DNA of 59,647 nt, the filler included, from Dugesia japonica (Eukaryota): the NCBI GenBank assembly GCA_001938525.1. It is 6 parts of 6 records of this genome, joined end to end, with 100 filler letters (N's around TTAATTAATTAA, not from the genome) between each part and the next. Parts side by side here need not be neighbours in the genome. Positions count along the whole stretch, not along the records: positions 1 to 11,110 come from MQRL01609811.1; 5 more parts are not named here. One strand, 5' to 3'. The stretch's first letter is position 1, and the number at the start of each line of letters is the position of its first letter. The translations under genes and the position numbers were made by a program. Shown in pieces: positions 1 through 11,210 of this stretch. The notes below the pieces were generated by a model that saw only the letters and a list, made by a program, of their open reading frames with translations, was not told where the DNA came from and searched no databases.

Positions 1-537
1 GATTTCATATTTGTTGGAAGAATAAGTAAATTTGCGTAAACGAATTTGTAAGTTTACTAATTTGATTTTATTTAAAAATAATTTCATTTCCAATCATATC
101 AAACACAGATCCATAAAAGATTTTAGAAAAAATTTTATATTTTTCTCTCTGGTAAAATGTGATGTCATTAAAAATAATTGTAAAACGGTTTTAAATGAAT
201 TAACGTTGAAAATGGGTTTTTTTTCAGACTAAAATGAAATTTAAATATTTAAGAACATTCAAAGAAACATTGTAGGGTTAAATTTAATTTGAAATTCGAG
301 AAATTATTTTTTTAATTAATGAAAAATGTTGAATTAAACCAATCAAGTATTCACCATTATAGAAAAATAATAAAGAAAATACTAATATAATATTTTTCTA
401 AAAACAATTAAACTGATAAAATATCTAGTGAAATTTTTAAACATAATAAATTCAATGAATTTTAACGTTTAAAATGAATCGTTTTTCAAAATCGTAAACT
501 TTTTATTTTTTATTTGTTATTTTAATTTATATTCATA

Positions 538-2574
538 TATTAGGGTCTCATCTGAGTTAGTGATAGAGAAAATGTGGCAGGGGGAAAAACAGTTCTCGGG
601 GATCCCTGGAAGAATTTACTTAATGTCCCCATTTAGGTTTTCAGTTTACATATGTTGACTCTCAACCCTTACTTGGAGTTTAGGCTCATACTTATTTCGC
701 TCGGGTTCAAAGTTTCCCAAATTAAACTGCTCAATATATCAACCATAAATTGGTAAGAAAATTTATTTTTTACAGACACGTTTAATTTACATAAAACCTA
801 GAGCCTTAGGATCAAGCCACTTGGCTGGCTCGTCATTCGAAAAGTCGAATGTGACCTCGTCATCATCACGGTTCCACCTGATTCATGCTTCTATCTCCAG
901 GCGGGTGGACAGGTTTGCGATGTGTCTCTTTATGAAATTGATTTTATAGTTAAGGATTTGTTTCAATCGATTCACGAGTTTGTTTTGCTTTTTATTTACG
1001 ATTTCTAATTTTTTAATGCCGGAGTAACGAACGTTCACATCATTTTGAGAAGTTTTGGATCAATTTATGGCAATGACGGAGACTGGTTGGTAAACGAATT
1101 CTCGGCACTTAAATAGAAATAAATAATTACTGATTAATCATAAACGCAAGTTAGGAGTAGTTAATTTGACAGTACAGATAAGATTTAAGAATGAAAACTT
1201 TGTTTTGACCAAACCTTTTCTTTACAACGCAGATATTATGTTGACAAATTTATGAGCGGGGAGTTTGTGTCACCTTATCAATGATCAGTAGTTTGATAGG
1301 GATCTGTCGCCGCAAGGTCATAATATCTGCCACCAGCTTGCTCTCTCTCTCGTGGAGTATATGGATCATTTCAGAGAAGGTTTCCAACTGGGCCTTCAAG
1401 GACCTCTCCTGAACATGGAAGGCTTCGGCAATGAATTTCTGATCTGGTTTTCCGCGGAGTTATTTAGTTTCTCGGTCATTTGCAGTGAGTTTCATTTCTT
1501 TAAAAGTTCGGAGAAAGAAACGGCGATTGTCTTATGGTCTCGATCTGAATTTATGGTGAGAGCAATGGTCAGGTAGGTACAATCAAATAATTTGGTTTAG
1601 TCATCACGAAACATCAAAACTAACACAAATCTTAATCAAACAATATTTATTAACCATCGTATACAACATTATTGGATAGATAATTGACAAATAAACTCAT
1701 ACTTACCCGTGATTAAGTTTCTTCAACGGGGTTTGAGAACAATGATTAATTCGGAATAAATGATTTTTTTCGTTTTGTGATAGTTAACAATTTATTTCAC
1801 ACTTCTATTCGAAAATCTGCTGATAAATAACAGAGCTATCCCAGTAATAAAGTAATTCAAAAATTGAAGGGTAATTTCAACTGAAATCAGGGGGGTTTAT
1901 ACACTTTTTTCCATACAACTCGACTTATCTCTTATTGGCGGGTATTTTTGAATTTGGTTTTCTGTTTTTCAATTGGTACCAACTTTAAAATTTTAGATTT
2001 TTCTAGGGAATTTTACCATTCCATTGGTGCCTATTTTTAGGACACTTTGTGATTTTGGTAAATTTGTTTTTGGTTTATTTGATGCCTCCATTAGCCCAAT
2101 TTTGATAGCTTTTTTCCGACTTTTTCAAAGGTATTACAATTTACTCCATTACAAATTTGGATTTCTCTTAACCGGAGCTTTCCAGTATTTTTTGTCCCAA
2201 TGATTATGGACAATCCGCTGAAAACGTATCCGTCTTCTACTGATTTTCGAAGTAATTAATTTCTTTTTTCCAGCCAAATTAATTCATTTCTTTTCGTTAT
2301 TTCCAATTATAATCTAATAATAGTTCTTCTTATTTTTGATTATAAATTATAACTTCCCTAATTATGGTTGCTTGTCATTATCTTTATTATGATCCTTTAT
2401 CATTTTCTTATTATTTCGGCATTTTTCTGATCTTCTATTAATTAATTATTTTCTTGAATAGAAATTATTATCAATTAACTGTTTGTTGGAGATTTATTTT
2501 ATTAGTTTCCTTGCTGGTCAATACTTGGACTCCTGGTTCTATTTTCTTCTATGATCGGGTGTTTCACCCCAACA
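538..2574 (-). mobile_element. Putative solo LTR (~2.0 kb) of an LTR retrotransposon
   Basis: Ends form an imperfect inverted repeat (TATTAGGGT... / ...ACCCCAACA, i.e. TG...CA with one end decayed) flanked by a 4-bp direct repeat CATA (534-537, 2575-2578). GC-richer than flanks. A related terminus TGTTGGGGTGAAA starts at 37853. Confidence 0.55.
787..1495 (-). pseudogene. Decayed two-exon coding sequence inside the putative LTR (exons ~1495-1274 and ~1107-787)
   Basis: Manual translation MKLTANDRETK*LRGKPDQKFIAEAFHVQERSLKAQLETFSEMIHILHERESKLVADIMTLRRQIPIKLLIIDK|CREFVYQPVSVIAIN*SKTSQ...LVNRLKQILNYKINFIKRHIANLSTRLEIEA*IRWNRDDDEVTFDFSNDEPAKWLDPKALGFM*. Joins in phase 0 across a GT..AG intron and has 3 in-frame stops. 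Confidence 0.4.
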
Positions 2575-2792
2575 CATATATTTTATCCTATTATTTTTTA
2601 TATTAAATTTATGATATTTTTATATTTTATTTAAGGTAGGTAAATGGTAGCAGTCAACATCAACACACAATCAGTACCCCTCAGGATTAGTGTGGTAATG
2701 AAACATAATCCTAATACATTTAGGTGGGAATTTAAAAATTGTATCAAATTAGGTAATTAAAAAGAAATAACGTCATTTAAAATAAAACTTTA

Positions 2793-2835
2793 TTTTTAAA
2801 TATTTCAACGGATCAACCCTCATCATCAGACAAAA
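2793..2835 (-). ncRNA. Minimal hammerhead ribozyme motif, family B (degenerate)
   Basis: Minus strand TTTTGT CTGATGA T GAGGG TTGAT CCGTT GAAA TATT TA: core boxes intact, stems partly mismatched. Confidence 0.5.
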
Positions 2836-3222
2836 ATGAGTTTATTCAGTTTATATTATTTAAACAAAGATTCAAGCAATTATACTGAATATAAGATGGC
2901 TGTAATTCTTAATTTTTAAAAATATTCTTTATGTTTAAGTTTTTTTNNNNNNNNNNNNNNNNNNNNNNNNNNNNNNNNNNNNNNNNNNNNNNNNNNNNNN
3001 NNTTACCTGTAAAATCAAAGAAGTTTTTCCAAAATATTTAAATTTTTTTAATTTTAGATTATATTGAAATTTATTTCAAAAAATAAAATACAAAATCTAT
3101 AAAAAAAAATATGAAAATAAATTAAGATTTCAAAAGAAATTTTAAAAATTTTATTTAATTTAGTTGACTGAGCTGCCTGAACATTAATGCTTGGATTATA
3201 AAATCTAATCATTTTTTCATTT

Positions 3223-3263
3223 TTGTCTGATGATGAGGGTTATTCCGTCGAAATATATAACAA
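3223..3263 (+). ncRNA. Minimal type I hammerhead ribozyme, family B
   Basis: Stem I TTGT/ACAA; CTGATGA (3227-3233); extra T; stem II GAGGG..CCGTC (one G-G mismatch); GAAA; palindromic TATA; TA with predicted cleavage after 3259. Confidence 0.65.
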
Positions 3264-3589
3264 TAAAGTTTTATTTCAAATGGCGTTATTTATTTTTCAT
3301 TAAATATTTTTGCCATCATTTTTTGCAAATTAGGTTATATTACTTAATTTGTTTGATTTTTTCCTTTAAATTTAGTTGGGAAAGATTTTGGACACAAATT
3401 ATGTCATTTGATTAATTTAATCGGTGAAATTTTATGTAATAGGATTATGTGGTGTTATTTTTTCTTGAGTATTTAGTTGGGGAAACTTTTAGGCATATTA
3501 AGCTGTATTATTCTTCAAGCTTTTTGGATGGAAATTTATTCGGTGAGGTCGAGTGAGCTCAATTTTTTGTTAATACAGGTGAATTTGGT

Positions 3590-3830
3590 GGAATATTTTC
3601 TAGGGAATGGAAAATTTGGTTAATGTTTGGTAGATTTGGTCAATTATTTACTCGGGATAGGTCAGTTTAAGTAATTTTTGGGTGATTCTGTTAAAATTTT
3701 ATTTTGGAATAGAAAATTTGGGTAATTTTTAGGTGATTCGATTGAATCTTTCCTCTGGATTGGTAATTTTTGGGTGACTTGGTCGAATTATTTCTCGGGA
3801 ATGGTCAATTTGGGTTGAATTTTAAGGAAA
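3590..3830. repeat. Degenerate ~50-bp minisatellite
   Basis: Recurring motif ...GGTC(A/G)AATTATTT..CTCGGGA.TGG.AATTTGGGTAATTTT.GGTGATT... Confidence 0.4.
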
Positions 3831-4149
3831 TTCATGGTAAAAGTAGAATTTGTTTAAATTTTCAAGTTTTTTAAAAAAAGTTTATGGGATCTTTTATGGA
3901 ATCAAAGTGAGCAGCCTATGTTGTCTAATAATATGAACATTTTAAAATTTTTTAATTATGGGAATCCGAAACCTTCCAAAGTTTTGAAAATTTTTCGAAA
4001 AATTTTTATCGAGATTTTTAAATCAATCGATGCAGAATTCGGTGGAGATTATTTATCCCAAATAAAAAAATTTTGAAAAAATTATTTCTCATCTTTTCAT
4101 GAAATAACCATGTCTATTAAATAGAGAATTTTCCGCTGATTGAACTGTT

Positions 4150-4260
4150 ATTAAAAACCAAAAAAACAAAATTTTGATCGAAGCTTTTATTTTAAATGAA
4201 TTCTGAAAAACGATCAATGGTTACGTCTATTAATTATTTTTGCAATAATTGCAATTGTGA
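4150..4260 (+). repeat. Penelope pLTR family A 3' fragment
   Basis: AAAAACCAAAAAAACAAAATTTTGATCGAAGCTTTTATTTTAAATGAATTCTGAAAAACGATCAATGGTTACGTC...GCAATAATTGCAATTGT, also seen at ~36860, ~45300, ~48966 and ~54945. Confidence 0.7.
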
Positions 4261-5728
4261 AACAATAGTCTTTATGTTTTAAAACTTCCTTTGATATTCG
4301 ATGTAATTATCAGATAATTTTATATACAGCAAAAAAAACATCAAATTTGAAATGAAATAATAATGTCAGTGTGATATACTATTATTGAATAGTTCGAGTT
4401 TTTCATAATTAATTAATTTTCATGATTATGATTTTAAATTAGTTTATTAGATGTTTATTAAAAATTCTGTTGTTTGAATATTAAACAATCTTTTGGGAGT
4501 TTTAAAAATCTATTTTTAGTAAGTTATCTTTTAAATTTATTAAAAATAATTATCATCGTAATTATTTGATTGGATTTATTTTCAGGAACATTTAATTCTA
4601 TTTATTTAAGAACCCTTCAGTTGAATTTATTTTTTGTATTTATTTGTAACTTAAGATGTTCTATTGTTAACTATAATATTGTTGGTAATATTATTATTTT
4701 TCGATTCGGTTGTAGCTTTTATTTAAATACATGTCATCAGAAAAACAAAGCGTTATTGATAATGGGAATGTAAGCCCGCTCCCTATCAATCAGTAAAAGA
4801 ATTTTCAGCTAAAATGGCACGTTTAGTCAAATACAACTGATTTTTGTAATTAAAATTTTTAAGCTGGAAGAATTAGATAAATATATAGAAAATTATAGCA
4901 TTCAATAGATAAAATAAGATTTCAACACCCAACATAATTAAACCGTCGCACAAAAGATAAATTAAAGCATGATACAAAAATAAGACTTGATAAAAGAAAC
5001 GATTGTATAACAAATACTTATTCAGAAAATCTAATATTTATCACAATTTTCTAATCGTATCTTACGAATTTTTTTGATATTTATTTCATATATAATTATT
5101 AATTTATTATGCTGATAATACTATTGATAACTATATTGATAATAATATCAAAACTAATAAATTATAAATAAAAATATTGATAATTTTAATTCCAACAAAA
5201 AAAGTCATTGTTTATATAATGTATCAATTTAAACAAATTTAAAAGATTATTAATATTTTATTTGAGTTTCTTGATTATTAATATGATATTAATCTGTTGT
5301 TAAATTTTAAAAAATTTATAATGACAAAATCTGTCATGATAATCTATATTCAAATATTGAAACGTAATTTAATAAATTATATATTAAGACAATTATTTTG
5401 TCTTAATTTTGTTAATTTCTTTCAAACAACTATGGAAAACCATGAAATAGTTAAATATTAAAATAGCACCCAATTAATGTTAAAAAAGAAGTAATGAAAA
5501 ATACGTAGTAGTAAATGATAAGATTAATGGATAAAATAATTATAGCTATTATTGAAAAAAATAAAACATAAAATAATTAAGTAGTGTTTATAATTATTAT
5601 ATAGAATGAATTAATATACGATATAATTACACCTGGTGAATAACAAATAATTTACGGAAATAATTATATTAATTAATAATAAATGAAATTATCTTACAAA
5701 TAAAATTGATTTTAGACATTAATTTTCA

Positions 5729-5729
<1 letters not shown>

Positions 5730-5794
<65 letters not shown>

Positions 5795-5844
5795 NNNNNN
5801 NNNNNNNNNNNNNNNNNNNNNNNNNNNNNNNNNNNNNNNNNNNN

Positions 5845-5909
<65 letters not shown>
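5730..5909. repeat. (ATT)n microsatellite spanning a gap
   Basis: Direct observation; it explains the poly-Ile ORFs. Confidence 0.95.
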
Positions 5910-6124
5910 GTATGATTTGAAATAGTTAAATTTTTTGATAGTTCGACCAAAGTTGTTAAAAATAAAGTTAAAAAATTTAAATATTTTAAATATTTGACCA
6001 TTAAATATTAATAATTCATTTTAAATTAATGACTTAATGAAGTAAAATAATTTTTGTGATTTAAAATGCAAAATTTGTAATAATTTTACAAAAATAAATT
6101 TTGGATTAATTTTAAAAGAAAATT

Positions 6125-6976
6125 TTAAAATTCATTTAAAATAAAATCTTCGATCAAAATTTTGTTTTTTGGTTTTTCATAACAATTCAATATTTCGACT
6201 TTTTCTTTGTCAGGAATTGACTTTTTTAAAAATTGTTTCTACTTCACATAAGATTGTTAATAACTTTGTTTATAAATCCCATACACCAATTGGTTTGTGT
6301 TCTAACCTTGTTTATCAATTTAAATGTAATGGATATTATGCCACGTATATTGGAGAAACTGCCTGTCAAGGGGTCAAGAGCATAATCGTTTTGGTGGTGG
6401 NNNNNNNNNNNNNNNNNNNNNNNATAAAAATAAAAGTAATTGCAATGCGAATGTTGAAATTTCAAATTTTAAAATTTTTTCTAAGCAATTTTAGAATTAC
6501 TGCGAGAAAGTATTGAATGAGACGTTAATGATTAGATCCAAGCAATCAAGTACAGGCAGCTCATTCTACTAAATTAATTAAAAAATTTTAGATAAAAAAA
6601 TGTTTTACTTTTTGAAAATTTTATATATTTTCATGTTTAGATAGGTTTTTAGAAGTTTTGTATTTTATTTTTCAAAATGATTTTCAATTTTATAATTTTA
6701 TAGATTTTGAAAATTTTTTATTCATTTTAAAATTAAAAATTTTAAATATTTTTGAAAAACGTTTTTTTTGTTTCTTTGATTTTTAGAGGTTTAAAATAGT
6801 AATTTTAATGAAATATTATTATAGAAAAAGTTTGTATTAGAATATAATTTATTGAAAATATTTTTTATATTAAAAAATATAAGAATTTTAAAAATTAAGA
6901 ATTATAGCCATATTATATTCAGTATAATTGCTTGAATCTTTGTTTAAATAATATAGACTGAATAAACTCATTTTTT
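6125..6976 (+). mobile_element. Penelope-like element remnant: inverted pLTR-A end, GIY-YIG fragment, family-B 3' region
   Basis: 6226-6375 encodes KIVSTSHKIVNNFVYKSHTPIGLCSNLVYQFKCNGYYATYIGETA (VY..C..YIGET GIY-YIG motif, close to ORF 42079-42771). It is preceded by an inverted hammerhead-bearing repeat. Confidence 0.75.
6183..6218 (-). ncRNA. Minimal hammerhead motif, family A (core mutated)
   Basis: Minus strand AATTC CTGACAA A GAAAAAGTC GAAA TA TT GAATT; G8>A change and broken stem II. Confidence 0.45.
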
Positions 6977-8218
6977 NNNNNNNNNNNNNNNNNNNNNNNN
7001 NNNNNNNNNNNNNNNNNNNNNNNNNNNNNNNNNNNNNNNNNNNNNNNNNNNNNNNNNNNNNNNNNNNNNNNNNNNNNNNNNNNNNNNNNNNNNNNNNNNN
7101 NNNNNNNNNNNNNNNNNNNNNNNNNNNNNNNNNNNNNNNNNNNNNNNNNNNNNNNNNNNNNNNNNNNNNNNNNNNNNNNNNNNNNNNGAAAAAAATATTT
7201 GAAGTAAAAAATTTCAAAACTTAAAAGTTTCTCTATTTTTGATTTTTTTTGACATTATTTTTTATTTTGAAATTAACATATAAAATTGTCGTTTTGAAGG
7301 TAGCATTTAAACTTATTTTTGGAAGCATTTCAATAGTAAATAAAATATTTGAAATACTAATATTATCATTTATATTTTTTCAGATCGACTCAATATTTTT
7401 NNGGTATTACATGATATTATATATTTTAATTATATGGATAGAAAATAATCAATTACTTAAAAAAGTGTATTTTTCAAATTTATACGAAATAAAATGTTAA
7501 TATTAATCAATTAAAATTAAATTAAATTTATTAAATCCACTTTTTTATGGTATGGAGTGAATTTATTTTTTCATATGTATCCTAATCATAGAAATTTATT
7601 CGAGATAAACATATTTCATAATTTAATCTTTCAACTGATTAAAGGAAATCAATAATATATTGTCGATATAATTTAAAAATTATTTTTCTCAAGAAGAAAA
7701 TAAAAGACTTCATATTTTAGAAAGAAAAATCAATATTTGAACATGTTATATTAAAAAAAGTAGAAAATCAATACAATAAAATTAAACCGAATTTTTAATT
7801 ATGTTTTTTATTTTCCCAATTAATTTCACAAAAATAAATAATAAATGAAATTAATGTTTTAATTAATAATATTAAAATAAATTATTAAATATTAAAATTA
7901 CCTTTGAATATTTTAGCAATTGAACTGGAATTTTTTTTATTGATTAAAAAAGCTTTTATTTAAAATTGAAATTATAAATTTCCAAATATTCCTTAAAAAT
8001 TTTTTTCTATGGTTTCTTAAAAAATTTAACAGTTCATGAAACTTTTACATTAAGTAGAATTATTATTAAAATCGTAGAAANNNNNNNNNNNNNNNNNTAT
8101 GGCATAAAATCAATTTTAAGAATTTAATTTGATATTCTGTCATTCATAAATTTCATGATATATTTATTATTCTTCATGTTGGAAAAAAATCAAATCTTTG
8201 GGAAATATATTCTTATTA

Positions 8219-8221
<3 letters not shown>

Positions 8222-8281
<60 letters not shown>

Positions 8282-8331
8282 NNNNNNNNNNNNNNNNNNN
8301 NNNNNNNNNNNNNNNNNNNNNNNNNNNNNNN

Positions 8332-8396
<65 letters not shown>
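8222..8396. repeat. (ATT)n microsatellite spanning a gap
   Basis: Direct observation; it explains the poly-I/Y/L/N ORFs. Confidence 0.95.
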
Positions 8397-10580
8397 TTAT
8401 TGTCACTATTATCTTCAATATTAATATTATGGTGATTAGGGTTATTACCATTGTTTATCATTACCATCTACTAAAACTATCATGACTATTAATACCATTC
8501 GTATTATCTGTCCTTGCTACAATCATTAAAAATTATTATTACAAATATTTACTAGGAATATCGTTATCACTATTGTCATAATTGTTATTATTATAAGTAT
8601 TAGTCATAAGTTTGTTATTATTTTCATTCTTCTATTACACGTTTAACCGCCATCGATAATTTTAACATATTACGACCCCTGTTTTATTACGATTATTTAT
8701 ATATCACTACTAGCATGATTATTATTATTATTATTATTATTGTCCTATATTATTACTATTGCAATATTCATTATTAGTAGTATTACTCCTTATTGTTATC
8801 ACAATTTATTTTTCTAATGCTATTATTAAAATGCAATACGAGTAATGCTAATTTGCGGTTATCGTAGTTATAATTAATGCATAATAGAACCGTCAGTGTA
8901 GTTATTGATCCTTAACAACATAATTGATCTCTTTGTGATGGAATTACTAACATCACAATTTATTTAGAATAAGATATTAAGTCGATTGCAATATTACCGC
9001 TCCCTTTTGCAATTTTCATCACAATTATCGTTACTATAGCTACGAGTTCCATCCGTACTACGATCGTAAATCCACATTAACCTTACAAGGAACTTCACGA
9101 AATTTATACTTGACGGTATCTCCGTTAAAATTTACTCTCATCACATTTCATTATAGATTAATGAAAATCAGATTAAGAGCTCATTAATCTGCTATATTTA
9201 GAGATGAATGAGAATGCGTTTCATGTCCTAAGAAACCAACAACTCTTCAACAGTCGACCCAATCGAATACTCGGCTCTGCAGTACAACTATCTGCTAGTA
9301 TGGATAACCAACTAGCAACAACCACAAATTGGACGCATACATGTCAGTCCTTACAGGAAGAGAAGTAGCACGATTTAAAAAACAAAATGTGGAATACACC
9401 CGGAGAGACGAATCTCAGGGTATGAAGATTTAAGAGTTAGAATCGGATGTTGAATGGCTTCGACAAGAAAATGCCAGTTTATGGAGGATGTTAGAAGAAA
9501 CCCCTCCACCAAAGAAGATTTGAAAGGCCCAGATTGATTTACGGGATGAAAATGATTAACCAAGCGAACAATATTTGTGTATTGAACGTGAGTTTTCTTC
9601 TTGATCTATTACCTTTATATTGGCTTCTATTGAGACATAAAAATAACCCGAATCACACGCAGATGGTGCGCTCAAGCACTCTTAACGTTGGGTAAGAGTC
9701 ACCGCGAACGACATCATAATTATAATAAAGAATTGTGGTAAATATAACGAAAAAAAATTTAACAAAAATAAAAACAATTTGAAACCAAATTGAAATCAAT
9801 TATCAACAAGTAAACTGTAAAATCAATTATTTTACCATTTGATACTAACATTAATCCAACTCAGTTTATTTATTTATTTTTTTAAAATATAGTGACAATA
9901 ATTATTCAATCAATGAATAAATTTTAATTTTAAATTATTTTTTTCTATCATTAATATTAATATAATAAAAAATAATTTTATTAAATTTGAAAAANATTGA
10001 TAATAATTATAAAATATTAATAATAATTATTTTTCTCTAAGAACATTTTCTAATAAAATTTTATAAATATTTTTATTATTTTCAATTATTATTGAAATTT
10101 AAAAATTGTTTTTCTTTTTTTGAAAATTTTTCAATTATTAATTGTTTAGTGTCTGAAATAAAATTTTAATTAGTATATAATGGAATTCAAACCATGAATA
10201 TTCTATTGCGTCAAAATATTTAATATTCATATTAATCTCACCTTATTTTTTAATTAAATAAAGTACTAAATTATATGATTATGTTTATTATATATGTTAG
10301 TTTAAATGCCAGATTTCCAAAAAAAATAAAATAATATAATAAATGTTATAAAGATACATTATGAGTAGATAGATNNNNNNNNNNNNNNNNNNNNNNNNNN
10401 NNNNNNNNNNNNNNNNNNNNNNNNNNNNNNNNNNNNNNNNNNNNNNNNNNNNNNNNNNNNNNNNNNNNNNNNNNNNNNNNNNNNNNNNNNNNNNNNNNNN
10501 NNNNNNNNNNNNNNNNNNNNNNNNNNNNNNNNNNNNNNNNNNNNNNNNNNNNNNNNNNNNNNNNTTTTCATTATTTCAAA

Positions 10581-10979
10581 ATGAAGATGATTGAAATTCC
10601 TACCAAGGAAAATGCATCTTCACTAGTATTCAAGCGTGAGAAACCAAGAAATTACTACAAATATGGGTTGCTTTTCTTTAGGAGAACAATTTATTATACT
10701 TTTCAAGTAATTTTTAATTTTTTAATTACTTTATTAATACTTTTTATTTAGGATTTAGTAACTGTGAAGAAATATCTTTACAACATATTGGTAACTGAAA
10801 TCAGTGAAAATGATCTAAAGACTCCTAATGAGCTATTCGTTAGAATCAATGAACGCATGGAAATTGAAGATAGTGTCTTTATTAAATGCACAGATGATAA
10901 CATTCAAGATAGTAAATCAATGATTAAAGTTGAAATTATTGGTTATAAGAAATTGGAAGATATGATCAAACCAATATGA
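10581..10979 (+). CDS. Hypothetical protein, two exons (10581-10706, 10752-10979), ~117 aa, possibly 5'-incomplete
   Basis: MKMIEIPTKENASSLVFKREKPRNYYKYGLLFFRRTIYYTFQ|DLVTVKKYLYNILVTEISENDL...EDMIKPI*. A 45-nt phase-0 intron (gtaatt...tttag) joins the two open frames. Confidence 0.6.
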
Positions 10980-11110
10980 AAAATTAAATCAATTCAAAAG
11001 ATTGAATTCAATTCAATTTCATGAATAAATATTAGTATAATTAAACGACTTATCTTAAATATTTTGTTGGGTTGCTAGGCTTTTTGATGTTGTTTTATTA
11101 TTATCGTCAT

Positions 11111-11210
11111 NNNNNNNNNNNNNNNNNNNNNNNNNNNNNNNNNNNNNNNNNNNNTTAATTAATTAANNNNNNNNNNNNNNNNNNNNNNNNNNNNNNNNNN
11201 NNNNNNNNNN
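11111..11210. other. Artificial scaffold-joining spacer
   Basis: 44 N + TTAATTAATTAA (stops in all frames) + 44 N. Confidence 0.95.

Larger units (their letters stand above)
2760..3295 (-). mobile_element. Penelope-like terminal repeat (pLTR, family B) with inverted 5' copy
   Basis: Minus strand 3215->2760 reads a Penelope ORF tail (RFYNPSINVQAAQSTKL), then 3' UTR and a hammerhead motif. It is homologous to 6530-6976(+) and 15920-16080(-). 3215-3295 is an inverted copy of the 2760-2840 end. Confidence 0.6.

Noticed and set aside
5706-6001. Poly-Ile ORFs (and poly-I/Y/L/N ORFs at 8155-8485)
   Set aside because: Translations of (ATT)n microsatellites and N runs.
6888-7217. ORFs made mainly of X (also 10359, 28880, 57093-57545)
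   Set aside because: Open only because they cross assembly gaps.
9100-9720. GC-richer block with PBS-like TGGTGCGCTC at ~9664
   Set aside because: No LTR boundaries, TSD or recognisable protein motif; cannot be assigned.
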